Shown here piece by piece: positions 1 through 9,928 of a DNA stretch of 64,000 nucleotides. Source of the stretch: a virus; the UHGV virus genome UHGV-0311442. One strand, written 5' to 3'. A program made the position numbers and the translations under genes. The notes below the pieces were generated by a model. The model did no database searches, had not been told where the DNA came from, and was given only the letters and a program-made list of their open reading frames with translations. Each line of letters begins with the position of its first letter. The stretch's first letter is position 1.

Positions 1-500
1 TCTTTTTCCCACAATCTGCTTTCGGCGTCGTAAATCGAAAACCAGAAACCGACGAGGTTCTTTGTCCGTTTAACGTTCATTAAGTCGTTATAAATGGGGA
101 AGAGTGCTTTATTGAAACTTTCTAACATCTCTGGAGAGAGTAGAAAGTTCACGTAGTATTCTAGCCATTGATAAACGGCTTCCCAGACATCTTCAGAAGA
201 GAAATGCTCGAATACGGCGTCATCACAATCGTAGTTATCGAAGACCCCTGAGAGATCTATTATGACGTCGCGAAGGTCAAAGTTTCGGTTGGTATTGACA
301 GCCTCAATAACTTCGGAGATAAGACGAGTAAAGACGTTTGTGCAGGCAGTCTGTGCGGTATAAAAGAATTCTCCTTGTGCGGTTGACCACTTCGGGTCCT
401 TCAAATGTTCATTGAAGTATTGTGGCCAAATTTTATAAAAGATTCCCTCGAACAACGAGGGATTGATACGTTGTAATTGAGGGACATAAACTTTTAGCAT
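1..500 (-). CDS. hypothetical protein, 3' end truncated by window edge
   Basis: ATG at 500-498 (minus) preceded by GGAG; frame checked open down to position 1; absent from ORF track because its stop lies outside the window. Confidence 0.4.
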   Translation of the reverse strand, partial: MLKVYVPQLQRINPSLFEGIFYKIWPQYFNEHLKDPKWSTAQGEFFYTAQTACTNVFTRLISEVIEAVNTNRNFDLRDVIIDLSGVFDNYDCDDAVFEHFSSEDVWEAVYQWLEYYVNFLLSPEMLESFNKALFPIYNDLMNVKRTKNLVGFWFSIYDAESRLWEK

Positions 501-536
501 TTTAATAACTCCAATGGTGTTACACCTGGATAATAT

Positions 537-1205
537 CTATCTAAGAATATTTTTAGCGAAAAAAGGATCGACTGTAAACTCCTTCACCTGTGAGTCATAA
601 CCCGAATGTATTTGATCGCTACTGAGCAAATACTGGTCTAAATCGTGCGGAAGAATCCAAGAATCGCCTTGCTTAAAAATACCATAATCTGCTGTTCCTG
701 CGGAAAAAATGATTTCCTCTGGAAACGAATAGATGTGGCGTAAGGCAAGATCGGATGGCTTTAACACGATTAATCGAACGGGATGTTGACTGACTGCCTC
801 TTTAATAAACTGTTCACGATTAAACCAAATTATTTTTTCGGGGTAAGTTTCGAATTCAGCCCATGTCCGCGTGATAACTAATTTGGAAATCTTTCTCAAT
901 TCTTCAGAATGCTCTGCGTAGCCAATACACTCCTTGCGTACTTCATGATTTTCTACCGATGCTGTGAATTTTTGGAATAGGTGTTGTTGGAAAAAGCCGT
1001 TCTCCGGGATATCACAACCCGCGTTGTATAGTGCAATGATCTCCCACAACAACGAAAGAGAAAACACAAATGCTAACTTTTCCACCACTTCCCAATCTTC
1101 GGAGTAAGGGGCTTTAAAGCCCCAATACTGCCGTGCGTTATACATAAAGTGAGTTTGTAAAAACCGGGGGGCTTTTGACAAGACCTCACTATAAACGATC
1201 AGCAT
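537..1205 (-). CDS. hypothetical protein (222 aa)
   Basis: ORF track; ATG with AAGGAG upstream; 7-nt overlap with upstream gene suggests coupling. Confidence 0.55.
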   Translation of the reverse strand: MLIVYSEVLSKAPRFLQTHFMYNARQYWGFKAPYSEDWEVVEKLAFVFSLSLLWEIIALYNAGCDIPENGFFQQHLFQKFTASVENHEVRKECIGYAEHSEELRKISKLVITRTWAEFETYPEKIIWFNREQFIKEAVSQHPVRLIVLKPSDLALRHIYSFPEEIIFSAGTADYGIFKQGDSWILPHDLDQYLLSSDQIHSGYDSQVKEFTVDPFFAKNILR

Positions 1206-2719
1206 TCAAGCTCCTTATCCGTCAGTATTCGTTTGTTTGAATAATAGCCGCACCACAACCCATGATATTTTTCCCCGATATAAACCAACGCATATTCGAT
1301 ATACTGCCGTTCTGGACGCCGTACCGCCACGTAGAAACGCCCTTCTGGTTCTTTCATACGGTTGATTTCCGTACGCGTCGGTATGTCGATACCACGAGTA
1401 AGGATAGTTTTAACCTTGTTTTTGCTACCAGGGATATGGATAGTTACGTCAAAACCTTTATCTACATTACGATAAAAGTCTTTCTTCGGCTTACCCTTCT
1501 CATCGTAAAGCAGGTCAGTAATGTCGTTCATTACGACTGAGTTTTTCCCCTCCATGGCATCGCGTAACCAACCTGCAAGCTCATCACGAATCGTAATGCA
1601 GCGATAAGACAATAACGCGGGACGAAGAATTCGTGTAATCGAAAGATCTTCAAACATCCATAGGTTTTTGTCTTCGCTAAAATGCATCCGATCGACAGGA
1701 ATACCGTTAGCTGCGGCTTCTGCGAACTTCTTACGTTTTACGAATAAGTTAAAAACAACGGCGATGGGATCAAACTGACGTAAACGGGGCACCCCTTCCC
1801 ATGCTTTCGCAGAGTGGGTATTTACCAACTCGTATACGTTGTTCCATGGTTCTTTGGTAAACATTACGCAGAATTGTGCGTCTGGAATGTACTTACCAAC
1901 GAAGACGATATCGTCCTTCTGTTTTGCATGGTTCCCACCGAACATGTAATAAAGTTTATTACCGTTAACTGTAACCGTGGGATGCGGTTCGTTCACCATC
2001 GGGTAACAGAACTTCGTAACACAGATATCGGGAAAAGCAGACAAATTGACACCTTCACCAACAACTTCTGGTTGCTGTTCTTCCTCAGGCATCTCGTCTT
2101 TTGACCAATACGGTGTATAGTCTAGCCCCTCACCTCGAGCCGAGATACTTGAACCTTTCCGTGCTAACTCGTCGGCACGCTCGTTTCCATAACGCCCTGA
2201 GTGACCTTTAATTTTAAGGACACGAACGCCTTTCCCTTCTTTCTTTAACCGCTGTTTAACCTCCCACATCCGTTGGATTAATTCCAAATTCGCAATGGGT
2301 GTGCCGTCCGCACGACGCCAGCCGCGTGCTGCCCAACCATCAATCCAATCGTTATACGTGTTGACAACGTAAGATGCGTCGATATAGATAACATAGTTTT
2401 TGGCAACGAAAGGGGCGTGTTCGAAGACGGTCAGGAAAGCCACGAGTTCTGCAACGTCGGAGTGTGACATTTTTGGTACAGGCACAACACCGTCAATAAA
2501 CTCCACGGTTTCTGGTAAAGGTGGAAGTTTTTCATCCTTGTTTATCTGGCGGTATCCTGACGTCGTAATCCCCTCGGGAATAGAGGGATGGCGGTAAACC
2601 CGACCATCCTCAATCGTTTCACGATTAAATAAGTATCCATGAATCCCCGCTCCTGTACCGAGCGGGGAGGTCAAATGGCTACCATCCGTGTAAATTACTG
2701 CAACATCAACGTTCTTCAT
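1199..2719 (-). CDS. RNase H-like domain protein with ~300 aa C-terminal extension of unknown function
   Basis: N-terminal DGS... and KIKGHSGRYGNERADELARKG match the RNase HI active-site pattern (GHxGxxxNExAD). Confidence 0.6.
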   Translation of the reverse strand: MKNVDVAVIYTDGSHLTSPLGTGAGIHGYLFNRETIEDGRVYRHPSIPEGITTSGYRQINKDEKLPPLPETVEFIDGVVPVPKMSHSDVAELVAFLTVFEHAPFVAKNYVIYIDASYVVNTYNDWIDGWAARGWRRADGTPIANLELIQRMWEVKQRLKKEGKGVRVLKIKGHSGRYGNERADELARKGSSISARGEGLDYTPYWSKDEMPEEEQQPEVVGEGVNLSAFPDICVTKFCYPMVNEPHPTVTVNGNKLYYMFGGNHAKQKDDIVFVGKYIPDAQFCVMFTKEPWNNVYELVNTHSAKAWEGVPRLRQFDPIAVVFNLFVKRKKFAEAAANGIPVDRMHFSEDKNLWMFEDLSITRILRPALLSYRCITIRDELAGWLRDAMEGKNSVVMNDITDLLYDEKGKPKKDFYRNVDKGFDVTIHIPGSKNKVKTILTRGIDIPTRTEINRMKEPEGRFYVAVRRPERQYIEYALVYIGEKYHGLWCGYYSNKRILTDKELEC

Positions 2720-2721
2720 TC

Positions 2722-3456
2722 TTAATCCCTGGTTAATTGATCACGAATCTGCGGCGCAACATACTCGCCAGTTTTCAGTTCTTCGTGACAGGCTTTGGCG
2801 CGTTCAAACCCGTATTGGCGGGTGACCAAAGCGAGGTGATAAATACGTGCCGTAGTGTAGGCTTCTTTTGCTGCATCCCACATTGCGTGGTGCTCAAAAG
2901 CGGGCTTACCGCGCGTCCAATAAACTTGCTCTACCGTTAAGTCGGGTTCGAAACCAAACGCAAAAGCTAAACGCTCTGCGGTACGATCGCTATCTAACGC
3001 GCTAAATTTACGGAACTTCCCTGGCGGGATATCGCATTGTGCGAATGCGTTCATGAAAACCGGCGCATCGAAGTCGGGACCGCGCATGGTAATAACAAAC
3101 TCATGCTTTGCGGTGATCTCTCCGAGCCATTTTTGCATCGCCCACAGCGCGTCTGGCAATGCTGTTGTTCCACCCCAGGCTTCTTCATACGCTTCACGAG
3201 ATGGTGCGTATTCGGGTTCACCTTTACCTTCCCACCAACCAACGGTTTGTGGGTCTTCGTGGAAAATGGCTTTTGCTTTAGGATCGTTAGGATCAATACG
3301 GATGTATGAAGAACCGACCATTTTCAAGGTAGGGACGTCAAAAGCCACTAAACCTGCACTCAACAGATAAGCATCAGGACGTAACGATTTGGTTTCTGCA
3401 TCAGCACCAATAACCAGTGTCGGTGTGTACGGGGTGACAATTTTTGGGTAGGTCAT
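2722..3456 (-). CDS. DEDDh-type 3'-5' exonuclease (DexA/DnaQ-like)
   Basis: LVIGADAETKSL (D-x-E), PDFDAPVF, HHAMWDAAKEAY (H-x4-D) arrangement; AGGAG RBS. Confidence 0.5.
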   Translation of the reverse strand: MTYPKIVTPYTPTLVIGADAETKSLRPDAYLLSAGLVAFDVPTLKMVGSSYIRIDPNDPKAKAIFHEDPQTVGWWEGKGEPEYAPSREAYEEAWGGTTALPDALWAMQKWLGEITAKHEFVITMRGPDFDAPVFMNAFAQCDIPPGKFRKFSALDSDRTAERLAFAFGFEPDLTVEQVYWTRGKPAFEHHAMWDAAKEAYTTARIYHLALVTRQYGFERAKACHEELKTGEYVAPQIRDQLTRD

Positions 3457-3546
3457 GTTGAATTCTCCTGTTAGTCTACATTAAAATAGTCGTAAACGTT
3501 AAAAAGAAAGACCCTCCTGTACCACGAAAGGGTACAGGAGGGAGTG

Positions 3547-4002
3547 TCAGTACAAACACGATGTCAAGTATTGGTTATACGAATCGAGCAGTGTCTGACG
3601 GTCGGAACGGTAATTCCACAACAAATTATTGAGTTTACGCGATAAATCACGGCTAATCTCTTGGGGCGTTAAAGAACTTTCATCAAGAGATAAGCGTTCA
3701 GGTACAACATGTAACTTCGGTAACTCATAACGTTCACAAAGTGGAGCCAGCATTGGTGGGCTCCAGCCACGTTTAACGGCTTGTTGGTTTAAATTTCGGG
3801 TGTAGACATAAACGTAGTAAGCATAGGTGTTGACATCCGCAACATACTCACGCATTGCATTATTGTCAATTTTCCAATTCACCATTATTGGCGGTGTAGG
3901 AGGAAGTTCCAGTGGCCTATAAGCTGGACGTTTAACTTCGTCGCCGTAGCTATTACTCACCAACCCCACGAACACCATCATGATGAATAACAGCATTTTC
4001 AT
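3547..4002 (-). CDS. secreted protein (signal peptide), unknown function
   Basis: N-terminus MKMLLFIMMVFVGLVSNSYG; AAGGAG 6 nt upstream of ATG at 4002 (track start 4005 is TTG). Confidence 0.5.
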   Translation of the reverse strand: MKMLLFIMMVFVGLVSNSYGDEVKRPAYRPLELPPTPPIMVNWKIDNNAMREYVADVNTYAYYVYVYTRNLNQQAVKRGWSPPMLAPLCERYELPKLHVVPERLSLDESSLTPQEISRDLSRKLNNLLWNYRSDRQTLLDSYNQYLTSCLY

Positions 4003-4005
4003 CAA

Positions 4006-4509
4006 TCACTCCTTAGAAGACGTTAGCGTCTTTATGATCTCCTGTCGAAAACTGTTCGCATTTAAATTGCCAACAGGTCTCGCCGAAGCCTCTTTACGTT
4101 GTTCTGGTGTTGAAGCTGGATTAACAGGAGTTTCTGGTTTTGTCGAAGACAGATCCTTCGCCGTACCGCTCGCTTTCGATGAATTAAACGTGCTTTCATA
4201 TGGCGGTTTCTGGCCGAGGCAAACGAAGAGCCTGTCGTATAACTTCCCATTATCTTCTTTTAGTTTATCTCGATCTTGTTTCATCTCTTGGTAAGACTGC
4301 GACATATAAGTGTCATGAGACTGCACTGCAACGAGCGCGTGAAACTGTTGTACATAGGCGTAGGAGACGAAGCCAGAATACGACAACAAGATCGTGATGA
4401 TTAAAGTCATTATCTTGCTTGCTCTTGATACGTTTTCTCCTTCTCCTGGTTTAAATGCTTCCATTAACATCTGAAGGAAGAACGGAAGCACTTTAAAAAA
4501 TGAACCCAT
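4006..4509 (-). CDS. bitopic membrane protein with periplasmic coiled coil (i-spanin-like architecture)
   Basis: single hydrophobic helix IMTLIITILLSYSGFVSYAYV followed by charged coiled-coil-like segment; GAGGTGA RBS; stop overlaps RBS of next gene. Confidence 0.5.
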   Translation of the reverse strand: MGSFFKVLPFFLQMLMEAFKPGEGENVSRASKIMTLIITILLSYSGFVSYAYVQQFHALVAVQSHDTYMSQSYQEMKQDRDKLKEDNGKLYDRLFVCLGQKPPYESTFNSSKASGTAKDLSSTKPETPVNPASTPEQRKEASARPVGNLNANSFRQEIIKTLTSSKE

Positions 4510-4534
4510 TGCTCACCTCGGAGTATTTTTAATT

Positions 4535-5908
4535 ATGTTAGACTTACAAGGTTTTATTCAGATACCGGCACTGTTTGACAATCAGGACGGCGTCACCGCT
4601 CCGGTGGGCGAGCTGTCGGATTTGACACTCTCGTACGCGAAGAGTAAACAGACGTTTACTAAAACCAATTTGCAAGTTCAATTGGTGACTTTTACGTCTA
4701 AACGAGAAAAACAGACGGTTGTTGTGCCAGCCGAGTTTTCTGATCATATTCTAACCGTTTCTCAATGGATTTACCAGCAAGCCATCTTGGGGAATCTGAG
4801 AAATGACGAACTCGAATTCCAGCGCCTGTTATTAGGCCAATTCCAATCAACCATTTCTGGTGTTCAGTCTGGTGCGATGATACAGACGAACAGTAACTGG
4901 TTCCCACGTTGGGTGAGCTGGAAATATGAAGTAACGGCAGATCAAGTACAAGATGACACTGATGTAGATAATCAGATCATTGTTTGGTTCTCGGATGAAG
5001 ACTTCGATCAAGATTACACAGGGTTCGAAATCGAAGTACAGATGCCGATTTCACCAATCGACACATTTTTGTCGACCAAGTCAGTCGTTGAAAAGGCGAT
5101 GGAAGGGTTTAACCTTACCGAACACCATAAGAAAATCAATGAGTTAATGGCAGGGTTTCCTTACACCGCTATCCAAACCAACTACTATACTTGGCACGAT
5201 CAAGAAAACTACGAGTCCACCCTAGTTGTCCCAATGTCGGTTATTATTTACGGACGTGCGGGGAAAAACCCAACGAAAATAAAGCAGGCGTTGCGAGAAC
5301 ATATTCTCGCTAATTCCAGCTTTACTGTCCCTGTCGGGGTAAAAGTATTTCCCGAGATTTTCACTACCACGAAATTTACAATTGTTCCCGGATGGAAAAT
5401 TCGTGGAATACCCAATGAGGAAGATGTGGCGGCGCTTTATTCCCCCATCCTTCCATATGATTTCTGGGTCAAAGCTATCAGTCGGTTTGGAGAATGGGCA
5501 GACCTGACGGTAGCAGAAAGAAATACTAAAACGATCAGTAAACCTACAACAGACGTAACTGACTTACCAACAGTTTATAAATCATTAAACTGTGTTGTAA
5601 TCAGTGGGCCGGAAAACGATACACGGAAAGCGACCTTACACGAAACTATCCCGGATTATGCGTTAATTGCGACGACTAACCCTGATATTGCGCGTATGTC
5701 GAAAACAACGACCGAATGGTTGGCGTTATTCTTCCAGGCACTTATTGCTGCGGAAGAATACCACCCGTATCAAACCAGCTTAGATGTTGTAAAACTGGTC
5801 GATGAGGCCGACCCTGATAACTACTTCTGGGTGTTTGAATACGACAACGTAGAATATCGTATCCTGTCTCGGAAAGCGAAATGGTACACCGAGTTAGACG
5901 AGGAGTAA
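4535..5908 (+). CDS. hypothetical protein (457 aa)
   Basis: long ORF, GGAG upstream, followed 4 nt later by next gene. Confidence 0.5.
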   Translation: MLDLQGFIQIPALFDNQDGVTAPVGELSDLTLSYAKSKQTFTKTNLQVQLVTFTSKREKQTVVVPAEFSDHILTVSQWIYQQAILGNLRNDELEFQRLLLGQFQSTISGVQSGAMIQTNSNWFPRWVSWKYEVTADQVQDDTDVDNQIIVWFSDEDFDQDYTGFEIEVQMPISPIDTFLSTKSVVEKAMEGFNLTEHHKKINELMAGFPYTAIQTNYYTWHDQENYESTLVVPMSVIIYGRAGKNPTKIKQALREHILANSSFTVPVGVKVFPEIFTTTKFTIVPGWKIRGIPNEEDVAALYSPILPYDFWVKAISRFGEWADLTVAERNTKTISKPTTDVTDLPTVYKSLNCVVISGPENDTRKATLHETIPDYALIATTNPDIARMSKTTTEWLALFFQALIAAEEYHPYQTSLDVVKLVDEADPDNYFWVFEYDNVEYRILSRKAKWYTELDEE

Positions 5909-5911
5909 TGA

Positions 5912-6535
5912 ATGGCTACGCGTTTACCACTCCAGGTACCGGTCAACACCACGGGACTGTTCAAAGTAAAAACACCATTTACTTTGGCCGAGACGGTCAT
6001 TTATACGGTAGAAGCGTCACGTACCTTCCCAGATTTAGTACGTCAGAATATTGACGTTTATAACTCGTATTACCAGCCAGTAGGGCTAGGACGTGAAGAA
6101 TATTTAGCAGATGCGAATGTTAGTGCGTCGATTCTGACATTTAAATCTCGGGACGGTCAAGTTGTATATATACCTGACACCTACCTGGAATCATACCCAG
6201 GTTTATCCGGGATCACGTATCAACGAAATGTGTTAGTGGTAGATTTGGCACTGGTACCGGATTACGTGAAAGTGTCGTCTATAACAAAAGACGTTTCAGA
6301 TATTCTCACGCATACACTAGGGATTGAGCCGAAAGTTGAAATTACAACACTCGAGTATGAGGGGAAGGTAACGGAGGAACAACACTTGCAGATGGAAGCG
6401 GCACGAAAAAATAAAATTCGTGAATCTATTCCATTAGGTGAGAAAGTTGCTGCGTTGACAGAAGAGAACAAAAAATTAAAAGAGTTAAACAACCAAATGT
6501 TAGAGATTCTTAAAGCTAACGGGTTAGTTAATTAA
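5912..6535 (+). CDS. hypothetical protein with C-terminal coiled coil (207 aa)
   Basis: GAGGAG RBS; C-terminus KVAALTEENKKLKELNNQMLEILK; followed by terminator. Confidence 0.55.
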   Translation: MATRLPLQVPVNTTGLFKVKTPFTLAETVIYTVEASRTFPDLVRQNIDVYNSYYQPVGLGREEYLADANVSASILTFKSRDGQVVYIPDTYLESYPGLSGITYQRNVLVVDLALVPDYVKVSSITKDVSDILTHTLGIEPKVEITTLEYEGKVTEEQHLQMEAARKNKIRESIPLGEKVAALTEENKKLKELNNQMLEILKANGLVN

Positions 6536-6542
6536 AAAAGAT

Positions 6543-6577
6543 TACCCTACTCCTTCGGGAGTAGGGTAGCTTTTATT
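6543..6577. terminator. bidirectional rho-independent terminator
   Basis: hairpin TACCCTACTCC-ttcg-GGAGTAGGGTA flanked by A-run and T-run between convergent genes. Confidence 0.6.
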
Positions 6578-7129
6578 TTAAATGTCGACTTCTAGTTTAC
6601 GGTAATCGATGACGCCTTGAGCAATCATAGCAGCAACATCGTTCCAAGTACGAAAAATGAAGTAAACGGTATCCCCGTTTAAATAGATATTGGATTCTTT
6701 ATCCGGGAAATCATCTTCACTGAGGTAGTAGTAGGGTTTGTCGAATGGGAAGTCACGTTCATCAGAGGAACCAAGTACCGCATAACGATTGCCACAATCA
6801 AACAGAATCTTCCAACCAGACATTTCACTATTAGCGTCAATACGATCGTCGATTTCAACGGTAATAGGAGAATGATCAAGAAAGCTGATTGTAACCTCCC
6901 CGTTATGTTGTCGTTTGAATCGATGAATATCTGTAGGCACAATTTCAGATGCTGCTATAAGGGAATAAAGTTGCGTTACGGTGATCTTTTTGTAAACACT
7001 ATCGCCATCCCACAAACGATCAAATAAGAAATTAGCCAGGAAATTTATATCCTTTAAACGTGAACGGAAAACAGAGCCACGACGAATACCGTAAGCCAGA
7101 TGAGTTAAATATTCAGACGATGGAAACAT
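6578..7129 (-). CDS. hypothetical protein (183 aa)
   Basis: ORF track; AGGAG 8 nt upstream of ATG. Confidence 0.55.
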   Translation of the reverse strand: MFPSSEYLTHLAYGIRRGSVFRSRLKDINFLANFLFDRLWDGDSVYKKITVTQLYSLIAASEIVPTDIHRFKRQHNGEVTISFLDHSPITVEIDDRIDANSEMSGWKILFDCGNRYAVLGSSDERDFPFDKPYYYLSEDDFPDKESNIYLNGDTVYFIFRTWNDVAAMIAQGVIDYRKLEVDI

Positions 7130-7148
7130 TTTAATACTCCTAAGGTGG

Positions 7149-7184
7149 AAAAAAGAATTAACCCTACTCCCGGAGGAGTAGGGG
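7149..7184 (-). terminator. rho-independent terminator
   Basis: hairpin CCCTACTCC-cgga-GGAGTAGGG with T-run on minus strand, just downstream of 7192..8124. Confidence 0.55.
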
Positions 7185-7191
7185 ATTTAAA

Positions 7192-8124
7192 TTACTTTTT
7201 GGTTTGACCCAGGTTTTCAAGAACCAGCTCACGAATGTACTTCTGAGTACGTTTCTTCGGTGGTAAAGCCATAAGGGTGTCAACGATTCCCTGGCCGCCG
7301 ATAACCTTGCTGACGAGTTGTTGAACTTGGAAGAGTTCTGCTTCTTCGTCGCTAATTTCGTTAGCTTGGTCTTTCTGACACAATGCTTCTACCAGGTCAG
7401 CTACGGATATTTCATTTTCGTCACCAGGGAAATCCAGGTTTAACGATTCGAAAACATCACGCTTAACGAGCACAGATTTCAGATCATCGTAGTTTTCACA
7501 AACGGCGACTTCTGTGCCAGGTACCGTTTCTTCTTCGTCTTGATCTTCATTCTCAGCGGAGAGGTAACTTACTTCTGTTGCGTGGAATGTTGCGTCAGCT
7601 TTTCTCAGGACGTAGCTCACATGCGACCAATTGCTCAGGATGAAGTAGACAACACCCCCATTTAATCCGATATTGCCCTGGCGAAGTTCGAGAGCAATTT
7701 CCAGGCGGCGTGAAATCTGCCCCAAGTCAAAGAAAGACTCGTCGCGTGCCGCAACAACTTCGTACTGATTCACCCCTTGTTCTACAACAACGAACCAGTT
7801 ATCCGGGAGAGGATACGGGTTGCGCATGAAAGAAAGTTCGTTCCCTACGCCTGGGTCAACAGTAACGGATGTATGGCGCATTCCCATGGAGAAGTTGAAC
7901 GTATCCCCATTTAGAACCGCAATTGCACCGTCAATCGGAAGAATTTTGGTGGTACGATCAATAGAGAAAATCTCTTTCTGCGCAATTGAAGGCTGATTAC
8001 TGCCTAGGAAATGGTTACGCAGAAAAGCAGCGGTTGGGCCTAAGCTGGCTTGCAGTATATGGTAGTTATAACGACGACGCAGCGTGTTAGCCAGTTCGTA
8101 AATTACTTCAGATGGAAAAGTCAT
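7192..8124 (-). CDS. hypothetical protein (310 aa)
   Basis: ORF track; SD-like sequence upstream. Confidence 0.55.
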   Translation of the reverse strand: MTFPSEVIYELANTLRRRYNYHILQASLGPTAAFLRNHFLGSNQPSIAQKEIFSIDRTTKILPIDGAIAVLNGDTFNFSMGMRHTSVTVDPGVGNELSFMRNPYPLPDNWFVVVEQGVNQYEVVAARDESFFDLGQISRRLEIALELRQGNIGLNGGVVYFILSNWSHVSYVLRKADATFHATEVSYLSAENEDQDEEETVPGTEVAVCENYDDLKSVLVKRDVFESLNLDFPGDENEISVADLVEALCQKDQANEISDEEAELFQVQQLVSKVIGGQGIVDTLMALPPKKRTQKYIRELVLENLGQTKK

Positions 8125-8177
8125 TTTAATAGTCCTCTTTTAGGTTTGTTCAAATCAACTAAGGGTTATGTAAAAAG

Positions 8178-8657
8178 TTAAAATAATGGCAAGTTACGCC
8201 ATTGCCCTACCGAGTAAAAAGCTTTTGGATGTTTACGGATATACGCTTTCGCTTCTTCTGGCAACCAACGATCGCCTACCAGTTTTTGTTGTGCAACAAT
8301 TACCGCCATCAACAAATACGGATTTTTCGCACCGGGGAACTTTGCATTGGTTTCTAGCGCAATATCCAACATTGACGACCAGCCCAATAATTTATGTTGC
8401 GCCGGTAAACGTTCTTCAATATACATCAGCCATTTCATGATTTGTTTAGGCTTATACGGACAGGTATAATTCGCCCAACAGACCATGACGAACTTAATAG
8501 CCTTCGCAATCACCCATACAGGGACAGTCACGAAAAGGCAGAAAATGGCCAACTGCGAGGCGGGCGCTTCGACAAAAGTAATCGCCACAAGGACCATAAA
8601 CAATTCAAGTACCACAAACCAAAAACGCGTTGGATAACGCCAAATGAATTTTATCAT
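8178..8657 (-). CDS. integral membrane protein (2 predicted TM helices)
   Basis: hydrophobic segments FWFVVLELFMVLVAITFV and LAIFCLFVTVPVWVIAKAIKFV. Confidence 0.5.
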   Translation of the reverse strand: MIKFIWRYPTRFWFVVLELFMVLVAITFVEAPASQLAIFCLFVTVPVWVIAKAIKFVMVCWANYTCPYKPKQIMKWLMYIEERLPAQHKLLGWSSMLDIALETNAKFPGAKNPYLLMAVIVAQQKLVGDRWLPEEAKAYIRKHPKAFYSVGQWRNLPLF

Positions 8658-8679
8658 AACTCTGTTCCTTTAGGGAATG

Positions 8680-8717
8680 AAAATAAAAGTACCCCTTACT
8701 CCGTATAGGGTAAGGGG
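8680..8717 (-). terminator. rho-independent terminator
   Basis: hairpin CCCCTTAC...GTAAGGGG with T-run on minus strand. Confidence 0.45.
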
Positions 8718-8723
8718 TAGAGG

Positions 8724-9233
8724 TTAGAAGAACGGCTGGTTTGGAATGACAGCGTACTCTAAAATGAACATGTGTTCTGGGGCGTCTTCTTTACGCCAGA
8801 CTTTGTGCGTCGTCACAAGTTTTTCCAGAATCGTTAAAAAACTACGCTGGCAGTATGTGTTTTCACCAAGCAGTAGATTTTGAAGTTCTACAGTAGCGTC
8901 CATATACGCCTGTTTAAAGACTAAACTACGATTATACTGTCCGGTAAAATTCCAAAGCAAGACTTTCCCTTCTTCGGTTTCTTTTACCGTTGGCCGTAAA
9001 CCACAAATCCACAACAAGGCAAGGTTGACGTTCCAGTCAAACTCTAAACCTTCTTCTTCGTCATCACCGAATGCTGTGGGTAAAGCATCGTAAAATTCGT
9101 GTTTCTCTGCGAATTCTTCATCTGACTTAATCTCGTCTTCGATGCTGCTTCGGACGATACTGTAAACGTCTTTCGCGGTCAATTGTGCGGCTTTTGTAAT
9201 GCCTTTATACCAATCGGTTACTACGATGCTCAA
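8724..9233 (-). CDS. hypothetical protein (169 aa), probable TTG start
   Basis: no ATG near N-terminus; TTG at 9233 preceded by GAGGAG at ideal spacing; overlaps stop of upstream gene. Confidence 0.45.
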   Translation of the reverse strand: MSIVVTDWYKGITKAAQLTAKDVYSIVRSSIEDEIKSDEEFAEKHEFYDALPTAFGDDEEEGLEFDWNVNLALLWICGLRPTVKETEEGKVLLWNFTGQYNRSLVFKQAYMDATVELQNLLLGENTYCQRSFLTILEKLVTTHKVWRKEDAPEHMFILEYAVIPNQPFF

Positions 9234-9928
9234 AGGGTAACTCCTCTATTGATTGGAAAACTCGTGTTTATCGTATCCCAAATTTTACTAACTTCCGCCA
9301 ATTGAATCTGACGTGGTGTTTTCTTCGCAAACGCAAGCTGACGTGGGGCCGAGCCCACAACAACAGGCACATCGATTTTCGCGCTATAGAACGCGGCGTC
9401 TTTCATAAAGCCTGCCATTTCTCGTTGTGCTGCTCGAGATTTGCTTTTGATTCGCGTGTGAGCGCCACTTTCACCCCAGTGGTAAGCTAACGCAACTTCA
9501 GCCATGGTGGGCTTGCGTTTGAGTCGTTTGGTTAACCCCTTTTCAAGATGTTTAACATACGCGGCAGCCAGCAAAACAGCATTACGCGGATTATACAAAT
9601 CGGCGTTCTGACTAAGACCTAATTCTTTTCCATAAAGCCTTAGCAGATTACGCTTGGTACTTGGAAGCATCTGTACCAGGCTGTGTGCTCGTGAGCTTTT
9701 GTTGTAAGCCTTGGGATCAAAACGCGATTCACGATAAATCAGCGTAATCATCAGCTTAGGATCAACGCCTTGCTTTCGAGAGATTTCCACAATTAACGGG
9801 CTGACTTTTTCGAACCGATGTTGGATTTGTGTAAACTCACGCTGATGCTTAGATTGCGGCGTTGATGTTGACGCCTGTGCGTTAAACGCGAAAAGTGTTA
9901 CCAGTAAAAGAAAGAAGATACGAAACAT
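9230..9928 (-). CDS. secreted soluble lytic transglycosylase (SLT domain)
   Basis: signal peptide MFRIFFLLLVTLFAFNAQAS; SLT motifs ITLIYRESRFDP and SLVQMLPST; GGAG RBS before the second ATG (9928). Confidence 0.6.
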   Translation of the reverse strand: MFRIFFLLLVTLFAFNAQASTSTPQSKHQREFTQIQHRFEKVSPLIVEISRKQGVDPKLMITLIYRESRFDPKAYNKSSRAHSLVQMLPSTKRNLLRLYGKELGLSQNADLYNPRNAVLLAAAYVKHLEKGLTKRLKRKPTMAEVALAYHWGESGAHTRIKSKSRAAQREMAGFMKDAAFYSAKIDVPVVVGSAPRQLAFAKKTPRQIQLAEVSKIWDTINTSFPINRGVTL

